This document shows, piece by piece, positions 37,376 to 53,100 of a DNA stretch of 64,000 bases; the first letter of the stretch is position 1, and every line of letters starts with the position of its first letter. The stretch covers positions 1-64,000 of the forward strand of contig LWCA01000022.1 in assembly GCA_001642005.1 (NCBI GenBank), read 5' to 3'. The translations under genes and the position numbers were made by a program. The notes under the pieces were generated by a model. It was not told where the DNA came from, made no database searches, and saw nothing but the letters and a program-made list of their open reading frames with translations. The DNA comes from Intoshia linei. Its lineage: Eukaryota > Animalia > Orthonectida.

Positions 37376-40300
37376 ATGCAAGCTATAGGTAGAGGTAAAT
37401 TCCGAGAAAAGAAAAAAAGAAACAATAAAAGGGGTGCAAAAGAAAATAAAATTTCCAATCTTAATTTGAACAAAAATTCTAGCAATTCGAACAAAGAAAT
37501 ACAAAGTCTAAATAAAACGAATGAAAATTTTTTGACAAGTTTGAAAAATGAAAAAACAAATATTCCATTAACAGTAGAGAAATCAATAAATAAGAAAGAT
37601 GACAGAGTTACATTACAAAAACATTCTAAATCGTTAGACTCGGTATCCACTGAAATTTCACTGACGCCTGAGTGCAAACATCAAAGTATTAAACACGAAA
37701 AAATGAGTTTAAACTCCCAAAACAGGGTAAACCAAATCAAATGTGACAATTCTGTATCTGGGGATGAGTGCAAATTTAACCTAGATAAGAATATGGAACA
37801 TTTGAGTTTAAATTCGTCAATTGTTTTTAATAAACAATTTGATGTTTCCAATTCAAATTCTAATCAAACTTATTGGAGTTCTCTTTGTAATTATACACCT
37901 GACATGTCTGATGCGTTTCTACATTATAGCTACCCACCAAACTTTTCAAATTTTCCAATGATGTATTATAGCAATCTTCCCGGTTTGGAAAATTCACAAA
38001 AATTAAGTCGGACCAATATTTACATTAGAGGACTCAATGTTGATACAACAGATGACAATTTATATCAAATGTGTAGAAAGTAATTTATTATTAGGTATTT
38101 TTATATTTTTTCTTTTCAAGGTTCGGAAATATCATTTCTACTAAAGCTATAATAGATCACCAGACTAAAAAGTGTAAAGGTTATTTTTCAATTTATTTAA
38201 TTTAAATGAGTTTGAATTAATTAATTTATTAGGTTACGGATTTGTTGATTTTGAAAATCCTGAATCTGCTGATCGTTCAGTCAAATGTTTAAAAGTGCAA
38301 GGAGTACAAGTGCAAATGGCAAAGGTGATTTAATTTATTTATCAGTATTATACGGATAGTTAACAATACTCATTTTTAAGATAAATTTTTTAATAGTCTT
38401 AGTTATTGTGCACTATAATACTCATAATTAACAATAATTATAATTATTGAATAACTGTAATAAAACCGCTCAGTTACAAATATTACAATACAAAAATGAT
38501 TATATGTATCAACTCGGTGTGGCCCGTCGTAAAATGAATCTAATTGTTTGATATCAAAACTAGGTTGACTGTTATGTAGTTGATACAAACAGCGTCTAGC
38601 TCTGTGGAGGGCGGACTTTTCTAATTCTACCAAAAAAATAATTTCAATAATAAAATCTTATCTACTGTTAAAATGTTAAATTCACATTTTTTTTCTTTAA
38701 AGGAGTGGTTCCCAAACATGTTTCACTACGGACCGGTCATTTCACATTATCTTTTAATTTAAAGTGAAATATTCAAAATTAATTTTATTTGTTAACATTT
38801 GTGTCAAGAATTTTAAAAATCAATTTTGATCTTATTTTTTTAATTTAATAGCGAGAATGATGCATAATCTTAAAATTAAAGTCAAAATAGTACAATCCTA
38901 AAAATTGTCATAAATAAATGTAACAAATTCAATAAAAAATAAAACTGTAAATACCGGTAATATCTTTTTTAATGTGATGGTATATATTCAGTATCTGCTT
39001 TCGATGAGTAAGAAATACCAATTTTAACCAGCAATCACCTATAGCATTAGGATCTTGTAGCAACTTGTAATTTACTATATTTTTTTTAATTGTCTTGATT
39101 TTCTTATATTTGATATTAATCTTGACATCATCTTTTTTAGTGTTTTCTTGTATCTTTGGTTGATGTATTTTCTATTTATTCGTTTCTTTTTTATTAATGT
39201 GTAAAACTGTGAAATGTACACATTCTATGCCATAGTAAGTAGGCAAGTCGTAGAATGTATACATTTCATGGATCAGTCATAGAATGTTTAATTTTGGGTT
39301 TTAGTAATTTTTTTTTAACCAACTTTAAGGGGGTTTTTTAGAATTTTTTTTTAACCAACTTTCAAGAGGGGTTTTTAATATTTTTTTTGAACCAAACTTT
39401 CAAGAATAATTTGTAGGAAATTTTTTTTGAACCAAACTTTCAATGAGGGTTTTTAGGAATTTTTTTTGAATTATCGTTCAATTGATATATATAAAAGTTT
39501 TAACGACAACCCATCTTGAAATTTTAGTTCAAATAAAATTTTCTAAAAAACCAACCTAAAAATTTGGTTCAAAAAAAATCTTAAAAAAATAAGTAAATAA
39601 GTAAGATATATTTAAATCTCAGAAACTCACATCTTACCTGTGAAAAAGCCCAATTATCTTTTTTTTTTGAAAATCAAACGAGTCCTAGAATTTAAAAAAA
39701 TATGCATTTTGATACAGATTTTAAAATCATGAACATTATTGTACAATTAAATTTCAAATATCCTGAATGGTACATTGAAAAACCCCAAAATAAAGCTTAT
39801 ACAAAAAAGATATCATTTGCATATCATATTAATAATTATTAATATATTATTATATGTATTATAACACGTACGTTATTATTACAACAATGACAAATTAACA
39901 ATACATTCACTAAATTTGAAATTATACCATTGTATTAATTTTATTAATAGCAACAAGAACAGGACCCAACAAATTTATACATAGCAAACTTGCCAGAATC
40001 GGTCGATGAAAATCAACTGGAAAGTGTCCTTTCTGAGATTGGAAAAGTCATTTCAACTAGAATATTGAGAAACGTTGATGGTACTAGTCGATGTGTGGGG
40101 TTTTCAAGATTAGAATCTCATCAAATATGCGAGAACGCTATTGATAAACTTAACAAACAACCTTTTCCTGGACACAAAAAATTACTAACAATTAAATTTG
40201 CTGATAATTGTAACCGTAAAAAAACCCCATTCATGTATCCAAATTATGACATTACAAGTGTAATTTTCCAAACTCATAGATATGTAATAAAGTTATATAA

Positions 40301-40832
40301 AACTTTTTTGGCGCCTTTTAATGACACTTTGCGCGAATCAAGTTGGCTTATAGTCGTACATTATTTTTTATTTTTTTAAATAATCTAGGTTCCCAACTAC
40401 AAACCATGCATTTTGGATGCCAACGGGTTAGTTATTAATATTTATAATAAATACTATTAAATTATAATTATAATGCATTACAATTAACGTTAAGCCAGGG
40501 TCAGGTATCCGGCTTTAATTTTATATAAATTACACATTAGCAGTTTTGATGATTATTATTCACATATTTATGTTAATTAATTCATTACATTTTATTTACT
40601 ATTTTTATCTCGTTTATTAATATTTTAGAAATTTTATTATGCCACAATATCCATACAATTGTATGCCATATACTTTTGTGCCATATAATCAAAACTTTTA
40701 TACAAATCCAAATGAATATACGTATCCGATGAACGTTTAATTAATTTTTATTATATAATACATTTTTAGATTTATTATCCTTCAATGGAAGAATCTGCAT
40801 TAAATATACAAAATGACGACTTGTTGCAATAG
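37376..40832 (+). CDS. RBMS/MSSP-family (alan shepard-like) two-RRM RNA-binding protein
   Basis: Exons 37376-38079 ([11 protein letters not shown]), 38122-38179 ([12 protein letters not shown]), 38233-38324 (GYGFVDF..QMAK), 39951-40259 ([34 protein letters not shown]), then 40389-40426, 40629-40734 and 40770-40832. The last three exons are less certain. Confidence 0.9.
39300..39595. repeat. Short tandem repeat (~33-38 nt units) with inverted copies
   Basis: About five units of TTTTTT(G/A)ACCAA(A)CTTT(C)AAG..GGGTTTTT at 39300-39470, followed by reverse-complement units (..AAATTTGGTTCAAAAAAA) at 39505-39595. Confidence 0.6.
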
Positions 40833-41259
40833 ATTTGAAATTAAATTAATTTTTTTAAATTCTAACTTTTACTTTCAAGCATAAAATATCAACTTGTTTA
40901 TCCAACATTAAAATCCATTTCCCACAGCGCATTGACCGATCAATACTGATACAAATGTTTACAAAAAAAATTTAATTTGGTTTTGTTGAAACCTTACTAG
41001 CCAGTAGATCTTACTGAGTAAGGGCATTAATAAATTATTTAGTCTAATTCATGGTTTCTCAACAGGATAATTTTATTTTGGAAAAAAGTGTATAAGATGG
41101 TGTAAGGTATTGCAACTATGGTAACAAAAAAAATATTGATAATCGCTGGACTATATATAGGGTTTGATAAAAATTTGTTAATCCATTATAAGAAATTTAT
41201 TTATATATTTTAATTTTACTATAATTACAATTAAATTAAAAAAATCCAATCCGAATTAA

Positions 41260-41933
41260 TCAATTTTGCTCATTGACAAAATGTATATTTGTAAAACAAC
41301 TAAATTCTAAATCCACGCGTACATTATTGAGTTTATCAAGTTGATTATGAACACTTTCATTTTCTGTCAATTCAAATTGTTTGTTTGGAAGAGGATAAAT
41401 GAAATGCGTATCAACATTATATGAATGATTGGAAACAATATCAGTTAGATAAATATTCCTAACACGATTAGCATAGTTGGTAAGGACTTGGTTATAAATG
41501 CTATTTCCACCAATAACAAAAGTAATAGAAATTGAATTATTTTCAATAATATTAAACGCTTGATCAATATCACCACACATGTGATAAAATAAACCATTCA
41601 ATTCGATTTTTGTAGGTTCTTTGGTGGTTTTCGATAAAATAATATTAAATCTATCATGTAATGGTTTAAATTTTTCGGGTATAGATTCCCAAGTTATACG
41701 ACCCATTATTACAGCATTTTGGTAATTTGGAAGGTTTTCATGGCAAGAATCAACTTTTTTTGTTTTTTTTTGAAAAAATTTCATGTCTTGTGAAATACTC
41801 CATGGTAAACTTCCTAATTTTTAGTTTATAATGATTTTAAAATTACATTTAACAATATAAAAATAATTGAACCTTTGAAACCAATTCCATCGTTTGCTTT
41901 ACAGCGAGCCAAAATTAGAGATAATGTTGGTTT
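41260..41933 (-). CDS. DHFR: Dihydrofolate reductase (start codon not resolved)
   Basis: Exon 41933-41873 LSLILARCKANDGIGFK; exon ~41813-41260 GSLPW..SQDMKFF, NAVIMGRITWESIP..FKPL.DRFNIILS, FVIGGNSIY, IYLT, DTHF. Confidence 0.92.
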
Positions 41934-44111
41934 CTAATTTATTATAATTGTAGAGATTTTTAATTAATTGGTTTTACTTTTATCGCTAATATTTAGGTAA
42001 TTTAGGGTCTTTTTCACTTAAACTTAGAATTGTGGTTTGGGCAGATGAACCCAGCAGTCATTTTTGTTAGAAATAATTGCCGATTGGAAAAGTTTCTCTA
42101 GAAAAAGTGTTGGCAACAACCAAAGGTGTACAATTATATTGTTAAGTTACACACACAGTTAACATAGAAATTATTGTTATTTGTATATTTGAAAAATATT
42201 GGTTGGTAATATATTAAAAATTATTTTTCACCGGGAATGCGTATATTTCTGGGGTTGAAATTTTGTATTTATATCAACTGGAATAAGCTCTATCAGAATA
42301 ATATTTATTTTTTTTTAATTTTCGGACCGTTAATTATTTGACATTTTTTGTTTTAATAAAAATACTCGGAAAAAAATATATGAAATATTAAAATGCTTTT
42401 TTGACCGTGAAGTCGACACTTATTTTGATTGAAATTTTTGTGTGTGTTAACAGGATACAACTGTACCACCTGTAATTTTTTAAATTCTAGGGTTGTTTTC
42501 ATAAAAAAAAGGGTAATTTGGTGTTTTGGCTCTGAAGATATAATTTTTTTAAATTTAAATTTATAAAAATATTTATGATTTTAAATACATATCATATATT
42601 TTTTTAAATTCTCCAACTTGTTTGATTTTCCAAAAAAAGGACAATTGGGGTTTTTGACCGGTAAGATGTGAGTTTGGGAGGTTGAAATTTATCTTATTAT
42701 ATGTCCCGAAAAAAACTGTAATTGAAATGTGGACTTTATAAAATTCTAAAACTAATAGTTATTTCAATAAAGTAGAACACACACACACAAACAAATATTA
42801 TTTAGCTTATTAGTAATAAGCTACGCAATTAATGTTTATTATTGAATTTATATAATAAGTTATTACATAAGTAAGATTTTTCAAAAAGTTTATAACCGAC
42901 TACAATTGTATGTATTTTTGCATTTTGCAACTAATTCTGTCAAATTTGCATCGAAAAAAAGAAAGTAATCACAAAAACACTAGAAGCAATTCAGATGTAT
43001 AGAAAAACAGCATGAGATGTTAAAAGATGACAATTAAAATAAATAAATTGGATAAATATTACCATTCCAAATCAAAATTCAAATTGAAGATTTTTTTGTG
43101 TACAATAATTTCAAACCAGATGCTACAAAAATCAAGTTTAGTAACTATACTACAACTACAGGGTGTTTATTTTAAAACTTATTTTTTAATTATTTGTTAA
43201 CAATTTCATATTAAACTTTTTCATTAATATAAAAAGTTAATTATTTAATTTATTAATTTAGATAATTTAATTTTTTAAGCACAGGTTTGAAATAAAGTTC
43301 AAAATACTTGATACACAATTACAGTGTATATTACAGTGGTAGGAAAACTACGGCCCGCGAAATCATGCTTCATACTTATGTTTACATTCAAATTTTAAAA
43401 TTGATTGTTTACATTGTAAATTTTACAACATGTCACATTCTATTTAGATAATTATCTGTCTATTTTTGTGCATTAGATAAAATTTTCCTATCTTTATCTC
43501 TTTTAACAAATTAAATTTTAACAAACTCTGTAAATAAAATAATTGTATATTTTTAATTAGATTAAACTAAATACAATGATATAAAAATGAAATTTTTTGG
43601 TAGGTTTTATCAATAGTTAAACAAAAAATTTTTTTTTATTATTTATCAATAATAGGCTAATTTTTGTTCAAATTTGATCAAATTTTCTTTTATTTTTTGC
43701 ATAGATATAATTACAAACACATAAAATTTTGAAACTTAATAATAAACACAATTAATAACTAAAATGCACTCCAAGAATAATAATTGTTAATTATTCAAAT
43801 GGAATTTTGACATTTTAATATTTAAAAAATGCATTTGTCATTGTCAATTCATTGTTTATTATAATTATCAATAAAAATGCGTTTTAAAATTAAAATTAAA
43901 AATTCGCTTTGGACATAGTTAGCTGCTCTGTGTAAGAAGTAGATAACATTCAAGCTAGTACAATCTAAAATGTTCGTTCATTTTATTTTCTGTTAAACCT
44001 AACAACAATAAACAATGTATAAGTTTTATGTGATAGTAAAACAAATGTATGTAGGCAATTTTATAAATAAACAATAATTTATTAAAATTATATTTTTAAA
44101 CATTCTGAAAG

Positions 44112-47100
44112 ATGACAATCGGTATAAACACAAGTGATAATTCAGATAATGAAACAGTTGCTGATCATAGCAGTATATTGAATTTACATGAATGTTTGGA
44201 AGAGTATTTTAAATTTATACATAAATAAAAAACTATTTTATCTAAATTTTATTGTATTTATATTTTGAACCCATAAGGATATTTGTATTGGAAAATAAAT
44301 TAGGTTAGATAATTAATTTTAACTAACTTGGCACACAAAGTAATTGAAAAAAAAATTTTCAAAAATATTATGACAATTTTTAATAGTTTTAGCAACAGAT
44401 TGTGTGTATTATATACAATTTTTGGAACCCGCATGTTTTGAATTTTTGAGGATATTTCCAGCTTCAGAGATATTTAAGGTTACCATTCTGAAATATCCTT
44501 ATTATATCCTGAAATATAATATATACACTAAACATTTTTAATAAAAGTAATAATAGTAATAATAATAATTCTAATTAAAGTTTTACGATCATAAATAATC
44601 TAAATTAGTCAAGTTGATGAAAAACTACATGCTATGAACATTGGAAAAATTGAAATGATTGATAAAAGAAATTATATGAATGATTTATACGATCAATATG
44701 AATTGTCCAAAAATAAATCTGAAATATTAAGGTTATTAAACCCATTCAATATAATATAAATAAAAACTGGACCTTGAAACTTTAACAACTTTACCAGCTA
44801 TTATTGCACTAAATCAGTGGTTCTCAATTCAAATAGTGTACGAACCCTCATTTCAAAATATTTATTTATTTGGCCCTAAAGGAAACATAAATATAAAACA
44901 TTTATAAAAAAATTAAAAGTTTTTTCTTATAATATTATAGTAAAATCGTGTTTTTCAAAAAAATATTGGAAAAAGGGAATTTTTTATATTGGGTTTTGGA
45001 TTCATAAATTATTATTAAGCTATTAGGTAAAATCTAATATTATGAGCAATAGTAATGAGGTAATTTTTTATTATATATTTTTCCTTAAATCGAAAATTTT
45101 ACATTAATTTTGACATGGTAGCTTCAATGGCGTAATGAAAAAAATTTTTAATTTCAAAAATATTTATGGCGAACTACCAGTGCCAAATCTACCGTATGCG
45201 AGATCCTTCTACCGAGGGATCTCGACGAATTTTTTTTTAAAATCGAGGCTTTAATTTACTAAATTGAGCATTAAAAAATTCTTGAATATCGACTAATTTG
45301 AATGTTAAATTTAAAATATCAACTCAAGAGTCTTAGAAAGGTGGATAGGGTTATATGACATTATAATTCGTTTACAAAATATTTTAAGGGGCTATTTTTC
45401 ATTTTTGGAGTGGCGACGAGGTGACTAGGTTTGGTTCCGGGAACAATCGAATTAAGTTAAATCGTTACATATAATAAATTTAACGCATGTCAAAATTATT
45501 CACGTTATTCACATTGTCAGTAAATTTTCACTTCATTTTGATTAAATGATGTTTACGTTCACTAATAATGATAAATGATCAATACTTAATAATATTCTAA
45601 TTTACATGTTTAATTTATTAGTAATAAATTATTATTATTATTGTTAAAAAAAAGGTTATCTTCATTTTATTTAAATTTTTTTTTGTAAATCACTTTGGGA
45701 ACCACTGGTTTAGTTTATGTACTATTTTATATAAGTTATTTAGAACAGCTATAAACAAATCTAAAGAAACAATATCAAATCTATCAGTGGAATTAAAAAA
45801 TAAAATATTGAAATTTCAAAATAATTTAAATAAAAAGTTATTTATTAACTAATATTGTAAATAAAATAACATATATGTTAAACATTATTTTAATGATTAA
45901 ATGACACTTGAAATGAAACTATGACTTTTATTTTTGAATAATATTATCTGTTAAAAAATTTCGCACCAAATTTAATATGACGACTAAATTTATTTATAAT
46001 TGTAATTTTCATAGTATATTACCTGAATTTTTTTTGTAAAAATTGGCGCAATAAATTTAATTTTTAAATATTATAATCAAATTGATTATATCAATTAGTG
46101 TAACCCAAACAAACTTGTTGAGTAAAGAAATTGGAAGATGTGAACAAGAATTAAATAATGAAAAAAATGTAATGGAAAATTTAAATAAATCTTTGGACGC
46201 AATAAAGTAAATTATTTTACAATTTACAAATTGAATTATATTTAGCTATACGAGGAATAAATTATTAATAAAAATAAACTCTGTAAAAGTGCAAGAAGAT
46301 GAATTAATAGAAAACGAAAAAATATATCAATCGCAAAATGATGAAAAATATATAAATAGACTAAATGTTTATAAAGAAATAAAATCCAACAATAATCGAC
46401 AGATTCATAAAACTTTAAAGTAATATCTCCATATTTTGTTACTAAAAGGTTTATTTAATTTTTAGAAAAGCTAAAATCAGTGAATACTGGTTGATGGAAA
46501 AATTACAATCTGAAAAAAATGAAATAATAAATTCTCAAAATAAATTACAAAAGTATTGGGAAAAGAATACTTGCAGGTTATATAGTTAATCAAGGATATC
46601 TGACGAATTTTAATAATAAAAGATTTAAAATTAAAAACTAAATGTTTACCCCTTATCGAATTAACCAATAATTGTAAATAAATAAATTAATAGAATAAAC
46701 AAAGAACAAAACGATAAATATGAGAGTGACCTTAAAAAATTTGAAAAACAAATGGCAAATATTGAATCTTTGAAAAATGCAATCAAACATTCTAAAGTAA
46801 AACCATGCTGAATTTATTTTAATAAAAAATAGGAAATTATGAACATATCGAGAGCTAGAAACGTTGAAACTGAAAAAAATAAATTACAAAGAAACGAAGA
46901 AACCAAAGAAAAATTAGCAAATAGTGGATATGATGCAGAAGTGGGTATACTTTTAGAAAATCATTTAAATCGATTCGAACAAGAAAAAAAGTAATCAAAA
47001 TGAATTTATTATTTTGCAAATTTCAAGTTGAGAAAATTTTTAGAATATTTGAAAAATTAAAATTACAGAACCGTCATGAAATTGTCAAAAATTTACTACA

Positions 47101-50100
47101 AGAACAAAAAGACATGAAAAAAAGAAATGAAAAATATAAATACTTATTTCAAAATGATGATAAAAATTCGATTACTAAAATAAAGAAAAATTTTATAAAT
47201 AAAATCAAAAGTTTTCAGTACAATGAACAAGAAGAAAATGAGATTCTTCAATTAAAATCTCTGCAAGAAGAGAAAACTCAGGGTGAGAATATTTTAATAA
47301 GTAATACCTAATTTAACTGACTGTTCTTAATAGACAACACATCGTATGATGATCAAGTAAAAAAAAATATGATAGGATTAGAACCAGAAACTCGTGCCTT
47401 GTATGAGAATAAAAACGTTTTTACATATACCCAAAATCAAAGTTTATACAAAAAAATGCTGCAGGTAAAATTTTATATATTAAACCAAAATTTATTTTTT
47501 AGCTACGTCATGTCAATAATATGGAAAATTTAAAAAAAAGTAAAATCATTGTCCAGAAAGCTAGTGGAAGAGTTTTAGTTGGCCCAGCTTATTATAGTAC
47601 TCCAAATGAAATTGTTTTTAAAGTAATGTGTTTTTATATTTGTTTTTGCGCTTTACAGCATGGGTTCTTAACCTTTTTCTATTTGACACCCTTTAATTCA
47701 ATAAAATTCGATTAAGCATTCCAAAAATTTAATAAACTTAATTTCGAAAAAATATTTTAACTTATATAATATGCTACGCGATTTTTGTTTTTGTGTGTGT
47801 GTGTGTGTTCCACTTTATTGAAATAACTACCAATTTTAGAATTTTTTATAAACCACATTTCAATTAGAGTTTTTTCCGGGACGTATAATAAGATAAATTT
47901 TAACCTCTTAATTTCACATCTTACGGGTCAAAAACCCCAGTTGTTCCTCTTTTTGAAAATCAAACGAGTTGGAGAATTTAAACAAATATATATGCTGATG
48001 CGGATTTTAAAATCTTAAAATTATCATAAATTTAAATTTAAAAAAATTATATCTTTAGGGCTAAAACCCCAAATTACCTTTTTTTTAATGAAAACAACCC
48101 TAGAATTTCAAAAAATTTACAGGTTGTACAGTTGTATCCTGTTAACACACACAAAAAAATTTCAATCCGAATAAGTGACGACTTCATGGTCAAAAAAGCA
48201 TTTTAGTATTCATTTTTTTTCAAAATATTTTATTAACAAAACAAAAAATGTGAAATAATTAACGTCCGAAATTTAAAAAAAATAATTATTTTGATATTTC
48301 GTTCTCTGTTAGTCGTGATGTTTTACTTTTTGGTCAAATCATGATGTAAAAGTTCCAAATAAAAATCTTTTATAATATCAACTTTTTTTAAAGAAATTAG
48401 AATAAAATGTTGGAGGTCCCAATTTACTGTACTGAAAAACTATGTATGAATATAATTATATTTATAGGATTTTGAAATTAACAAAGGATATTCAATAAAT
48501 GTCTTATTAACCAATATTTCACATACAATAAATTACGTAAAATATGAAAACATGACGGAAAATCTAAAAGATTTTATATCCATAGAGTATTTTTAATAGA
48601 ATTAATTTCTAAATTATATATATAATAAAAATATTCTAATAGATTTACTCCACCAGGAAAAATGTCTGCAGGTTTATCTTGTAATATGGTTGTTAATTTT
48701 AATCCTAAAGTAAATTATTAAATTTTAATATAATATGTATTATATTTAATTATACTGTAATTTATCGGTTGTTTTATATTTTTTAGGAGAATATTTTTAA
48801 TTTTCGGTGCTTCGAGCTTGATAAGTTCGGCTCTCCCCTAATCAGTATATATATGCTCATAAATAGCAAAATTTACTTTGTATGCCTAATAAAATATAGT
48901 ATTATTAGTATTTCATTATCCACATTTTGATAAACTGGATTCTTCCATTTTAAAACCATACTTGAATATTAATTTTGGAACAATTGGGTTGATTTAATAT
49001 TTTAGATTGAAATGGATATCGAAGGTGCAATAAATATGATTACTCAAACTGGTCCAATTGATATTATTGTTAAATGCCTTACTCAAAAATGCATGGTATA
49101 ATTGTACAACATGATGTTTTCATATAAAAAATACTTAGCTGCGTTTACATAAAGAGACTGTAAACTTTGAACAATTGGTTATAGACAACAAGGAATCAAA
49201 AATATTTAAAATATGCAATGATGGAGCACTTCCAACATATGTAAATATTTATAAAGATATCGGAGAAAAAACTGCATCAATTTTTGATCTATCTAATGTT
49301 CTGACGGTAACATTTATGGTGGTTTAAATTCATTAATTTAGCCGGTTTTCGAAAAAAGTGGTACAGTTGTTAGTGAAGAAAAAGGCGGTAATTAATTTTT
49401 TTTAATTTAACTAATCTTAAATACTGCGAACATTCAGTTAAACGACATAATCATTTATTTTTTCACCCAATTTTTAGATTTTGAAGATAATTCTCCAATC
49501 AAAATTTGGGTAAAAAAAGGTTCCCTTTAAAATCTTTTAAAAATCGGAGAAAAAATTTTTCCTGAAGAAACCCACAAAAATTTCTTAAAAAAATCAATAA
49601 TATAATAAATTATTAAAATCGATGATTATGTCGCTTTATGATGTATTGCTCAAATGAATGTCTCTCTAGAGCAGTAATTCTCAAACTTTTTTACCGCAGC
49701 GAACACTTAGCAATTAATGAAACATTTTGGCGCGCACCATGTATAATATATTAAAAATTTATACTACTATATGTATAACTAGGTTGACAGTTTTGTACTA
49801 GATACAGAAATAATTTTTTTTTAAATTCTAGGGTTTTTATCATTTTTGAAAAAAAGGGTAATCTGGGTTTTTGATTGTGAAAATTATCTTTTTTTAGGTT
49901 GCCATTTATGATAATGGTTATGATTTTAAAAACTTTTTCAGAATGTGTGTTGTATAAAATTCTAAGACTTTCTTTAAACTGGAACAAACAAACAGACATA
50001 CATTTTAAACTATTGTACTTTAAGTAAGAATAATAAATATTCTAGTCAGGAATGGAAACTAATCTCTTAAAACAGTGGTTCCCAATTTTTTTAGTGTTGT

Positions 50101-53100
50101 GACCCTTAATAAAATTGTAATAAAAATGTACAGTATTCTCTCTATAACTCGCCATTCTTGGGATTTAGAAAAAGTTGGCGACAGAGAATTTAAAACTATA
50201 TAAACATAAGATAAAACCTTTAAATTAAAGGTTAAATTATAATAAAATGTAAATTGTAATACAAATTGTAAAATTTAATACAAAATAAATTAACTTATTT
50301 TGAAAAATGGTTTTAAAACATTTAGTTTATATTTTAAATTAATGGAGAGCTGTGGAGATAATACTATATGTTGATTATTATAAAAAAATTAAAATATTCA
50401 ACTTCTCTCGACCCACCGGTTTGGCACTGTCTTAAAGTGAGCGACAATTACTAATATATGTATAATATATATTTAATTATTAATTAATTAATTAAATATT
50501 TAAATTAATATAATCTATTTAAAATAATTATTTAATGTTTGAAATTTTAGGTTGATGAGTTTTGGCAATTTTATCAATTTTAGTTGGAATTTGAGACAAC
50601 GAAATTCTTATTTCTTCTTCGACATATTTGCTTCTTTTTTATTTTTGATATTAACAAGGGTTGAAAATCCAACTTTACACATGTATATGAAATCGAAAAT
50701 GACAATAATATGCCTAACGCTTTGCTACATACATCAGAGTAGTCGTCTTTCATTGAAATAAAAGTTTTCAAGAGACAACTCTTTAAAATTAATTCTTAGA
50801 CCACGATCAGTTAATATGATCGCTAATTCCACTTCTTTTTATACATTCAATAGTTTTTCACTTTGTGTATCTACGAATTTATTACGAATCCAATCATATT
50901 GTTCGATATTCAAGGATGGGAAATAAGTATCAGGAAACATTTCTAAATCATTTTTCTCACCATTTTACACAAATTAATGAAAAAAATATTAAAAATACGA
51001 AAATTTTAATGGCACATATTTTTTTTCTATAAAAATATTTATAAAATTAAAATTTATTATTTATCAGTGCACGCTGGCGCACCTATTGAGAATCACTGCT
51101 CTAGAGAATGGATGTTTTCACGGTTATGCTTATGTAAACTTTATGTTAAATACATTAAAAATTTAGAACCAAAGACTAATTATTATTCACAAAGTAAAAG
51201 TCAATCTAGCAAATGCAAAGAAAGTCAAAAATCAAATTTAAGCAAATCTTTTGATTCAAATTTATCAAATACAAAATTTTCAAATTCTAATTCCGTTTTT
51301 AATGAGTCTGAAAATGAAACTGAAAAGTCGGATTCTGGTACTAGGGATGAAACGAATGAATTGAATTTTGAAAACGAAAATTTCTTTTTGGATGATAATT
51401 CAAAGGTATTATCTAATTACCTACATTAAAGTGTCTCTTAAAAAATCAAAACATAACATTTACATTACCATTCGGTATATTCATATTACTAATTGACTCT
51501 AGTTTACTCGCACTCTCTGGTATATAATCACTAGCCGCTTTTTGACCAATAACTTTAAATTTTTGATCGAAATATGTATCCTTTAAATTTATGTTTAGCT
51601 ATTATACTTTGTCATACTTTCGTTCTATTTTAAAATTTCCACATATTTTATTATGATATCGTTATGTTAGTATCCTGTGTCATAGGAGCATCACTCGAAA
51701 TGTATTTCAGAAAAGGCAATTATTTTATCATTGGCTTTATATCAGTGTTTCCCAATCTTTACTGCGTACATTTAGTATATTACACTATTAAATCTTATTA
51801 TATACATTATTATATATTATTATGTAGTACAGTCTTTTTTAACCGTTTTTGCTTCAAGCGCATTTTGAAATAAATAAAAACTTTGGCGCACCTTAAATTT
51901 AGATACGAAGAAACACACCGATATTCGAAAATGTGTAAAGATTAAAAGCGATAAAAATATAAAATTATAATAATACAAACATACTATTATTCTTACTTAC
52001 ATATATATATTATTGTATATAATATGCTACGCGATTTTTGTTTGTGTGTGTGTCTGTGTGTATTCAGCTTTATTTAAATAACTACCCGTATTAGAATTTT
52101 ATAAAGTCCACATTTCAATTAAAGTTTTTTCCGAGTGATAATAAGATACATTTCAACCTCCCAAAGTCACATCTTACGGGTCAAAAACACCAATTGTCTT
52201 TTTTTAAATTAAACGAGTTAGAGAATTTAAAAAAATATATCTTCAGGGCCAAAACCACAAATTCCCTTCCTTTTTTTGAAAACAGCCCTAGAATATCAAA
52301 AAAATTACAGGTTGTACAGTTGTATCCTGTTAACACACACAGAAAATTTCAATCCGAATAAGTGACGACTTCACAGTCAAAAAAGCATTTCAGTATTCAT
52401 ATATTTTTTTTCCGAAATATTTTATTAAAACAAAAAATGTAAAATAATTAACGGTCCAAAAATTAAAAAAAAAAGATTATTCTGATAGAGCTTATTCCAG
52501 TTGATATAAATACAAAATTTTAACCTCAGAAATCTACGCATTCCAAGTAAAAAATAATTTTTAATAGTTATCAACCAATACTTTTCAAATATTTCGATTA
52601 AAATAAAAAATAAAAATTTAAATATTGATCCTACAATTTAAAAAAAATGTGCATTGAACGTCTACACATTTCCAATAAATAAATATAGGTGAAAATCTAT
52701 ATAATTCATTCCTTTGGAATTTTTATACTTTAGAAAAATTCTCAGTTCGTTAATCAGGATTTTTTTCCGTTAATGACGAATTCCGTTATATAGGGATTAG
52801 CCTATATATAGAAATATTATACATATAATACAAACATAACGTTTTCAATGATTAATATATGAATTATTCAACAATTTAAAAACTATAATTGGCCAGGCTG
52901 ACTGAATGTATGTAGGAATATACAATATGTATAATACTTTATATAATTTTTAATTACTAGAGTTTATATGTTGACGCCTATTCTACCGTAGATGTAACCA
53001 TTTGGTGGAAACCAAATTTTGTTGGATTACATATATCAGATTTTATAGTAATCTCGGACGAGTACAAACAAAAAGTATATTTTAATTTATCAATTTAATA

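Noticed and set aside
41770-41800. Asp rather than Glu at the DHFR folate-binding acidic position, as a sign of horizontal transfer
   Set aside because: Asp occurs in other invertebrate DHFRs, and the gene has typical host short introns.
45411-45421. TGGCGACGAGG resembling a tRNA-Ser primer-binding site
   Set aside because: It is not preceded by an LTR end (CA), and no gag/pol remnant follows.
44815-45707. hAT-like ends CAGTGGTTCTCAA ... TTGGGAACCACTG
   Set aside because: The flanking 8-mers (CACTAAAT / GTTTAGTT) do not match, so it is not supported as one intact insertion.
48784-48842. Small GC-richer hairpin (CGAGCTT-GAT-AAGTTCG) after an Sm-like AATTTTCG in a CFAP74 intron
   Set aside because: No diagnostic U1, U4, U5, U6 or SL motifs are recognisable. 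It is too short to call without a covariance-model search.
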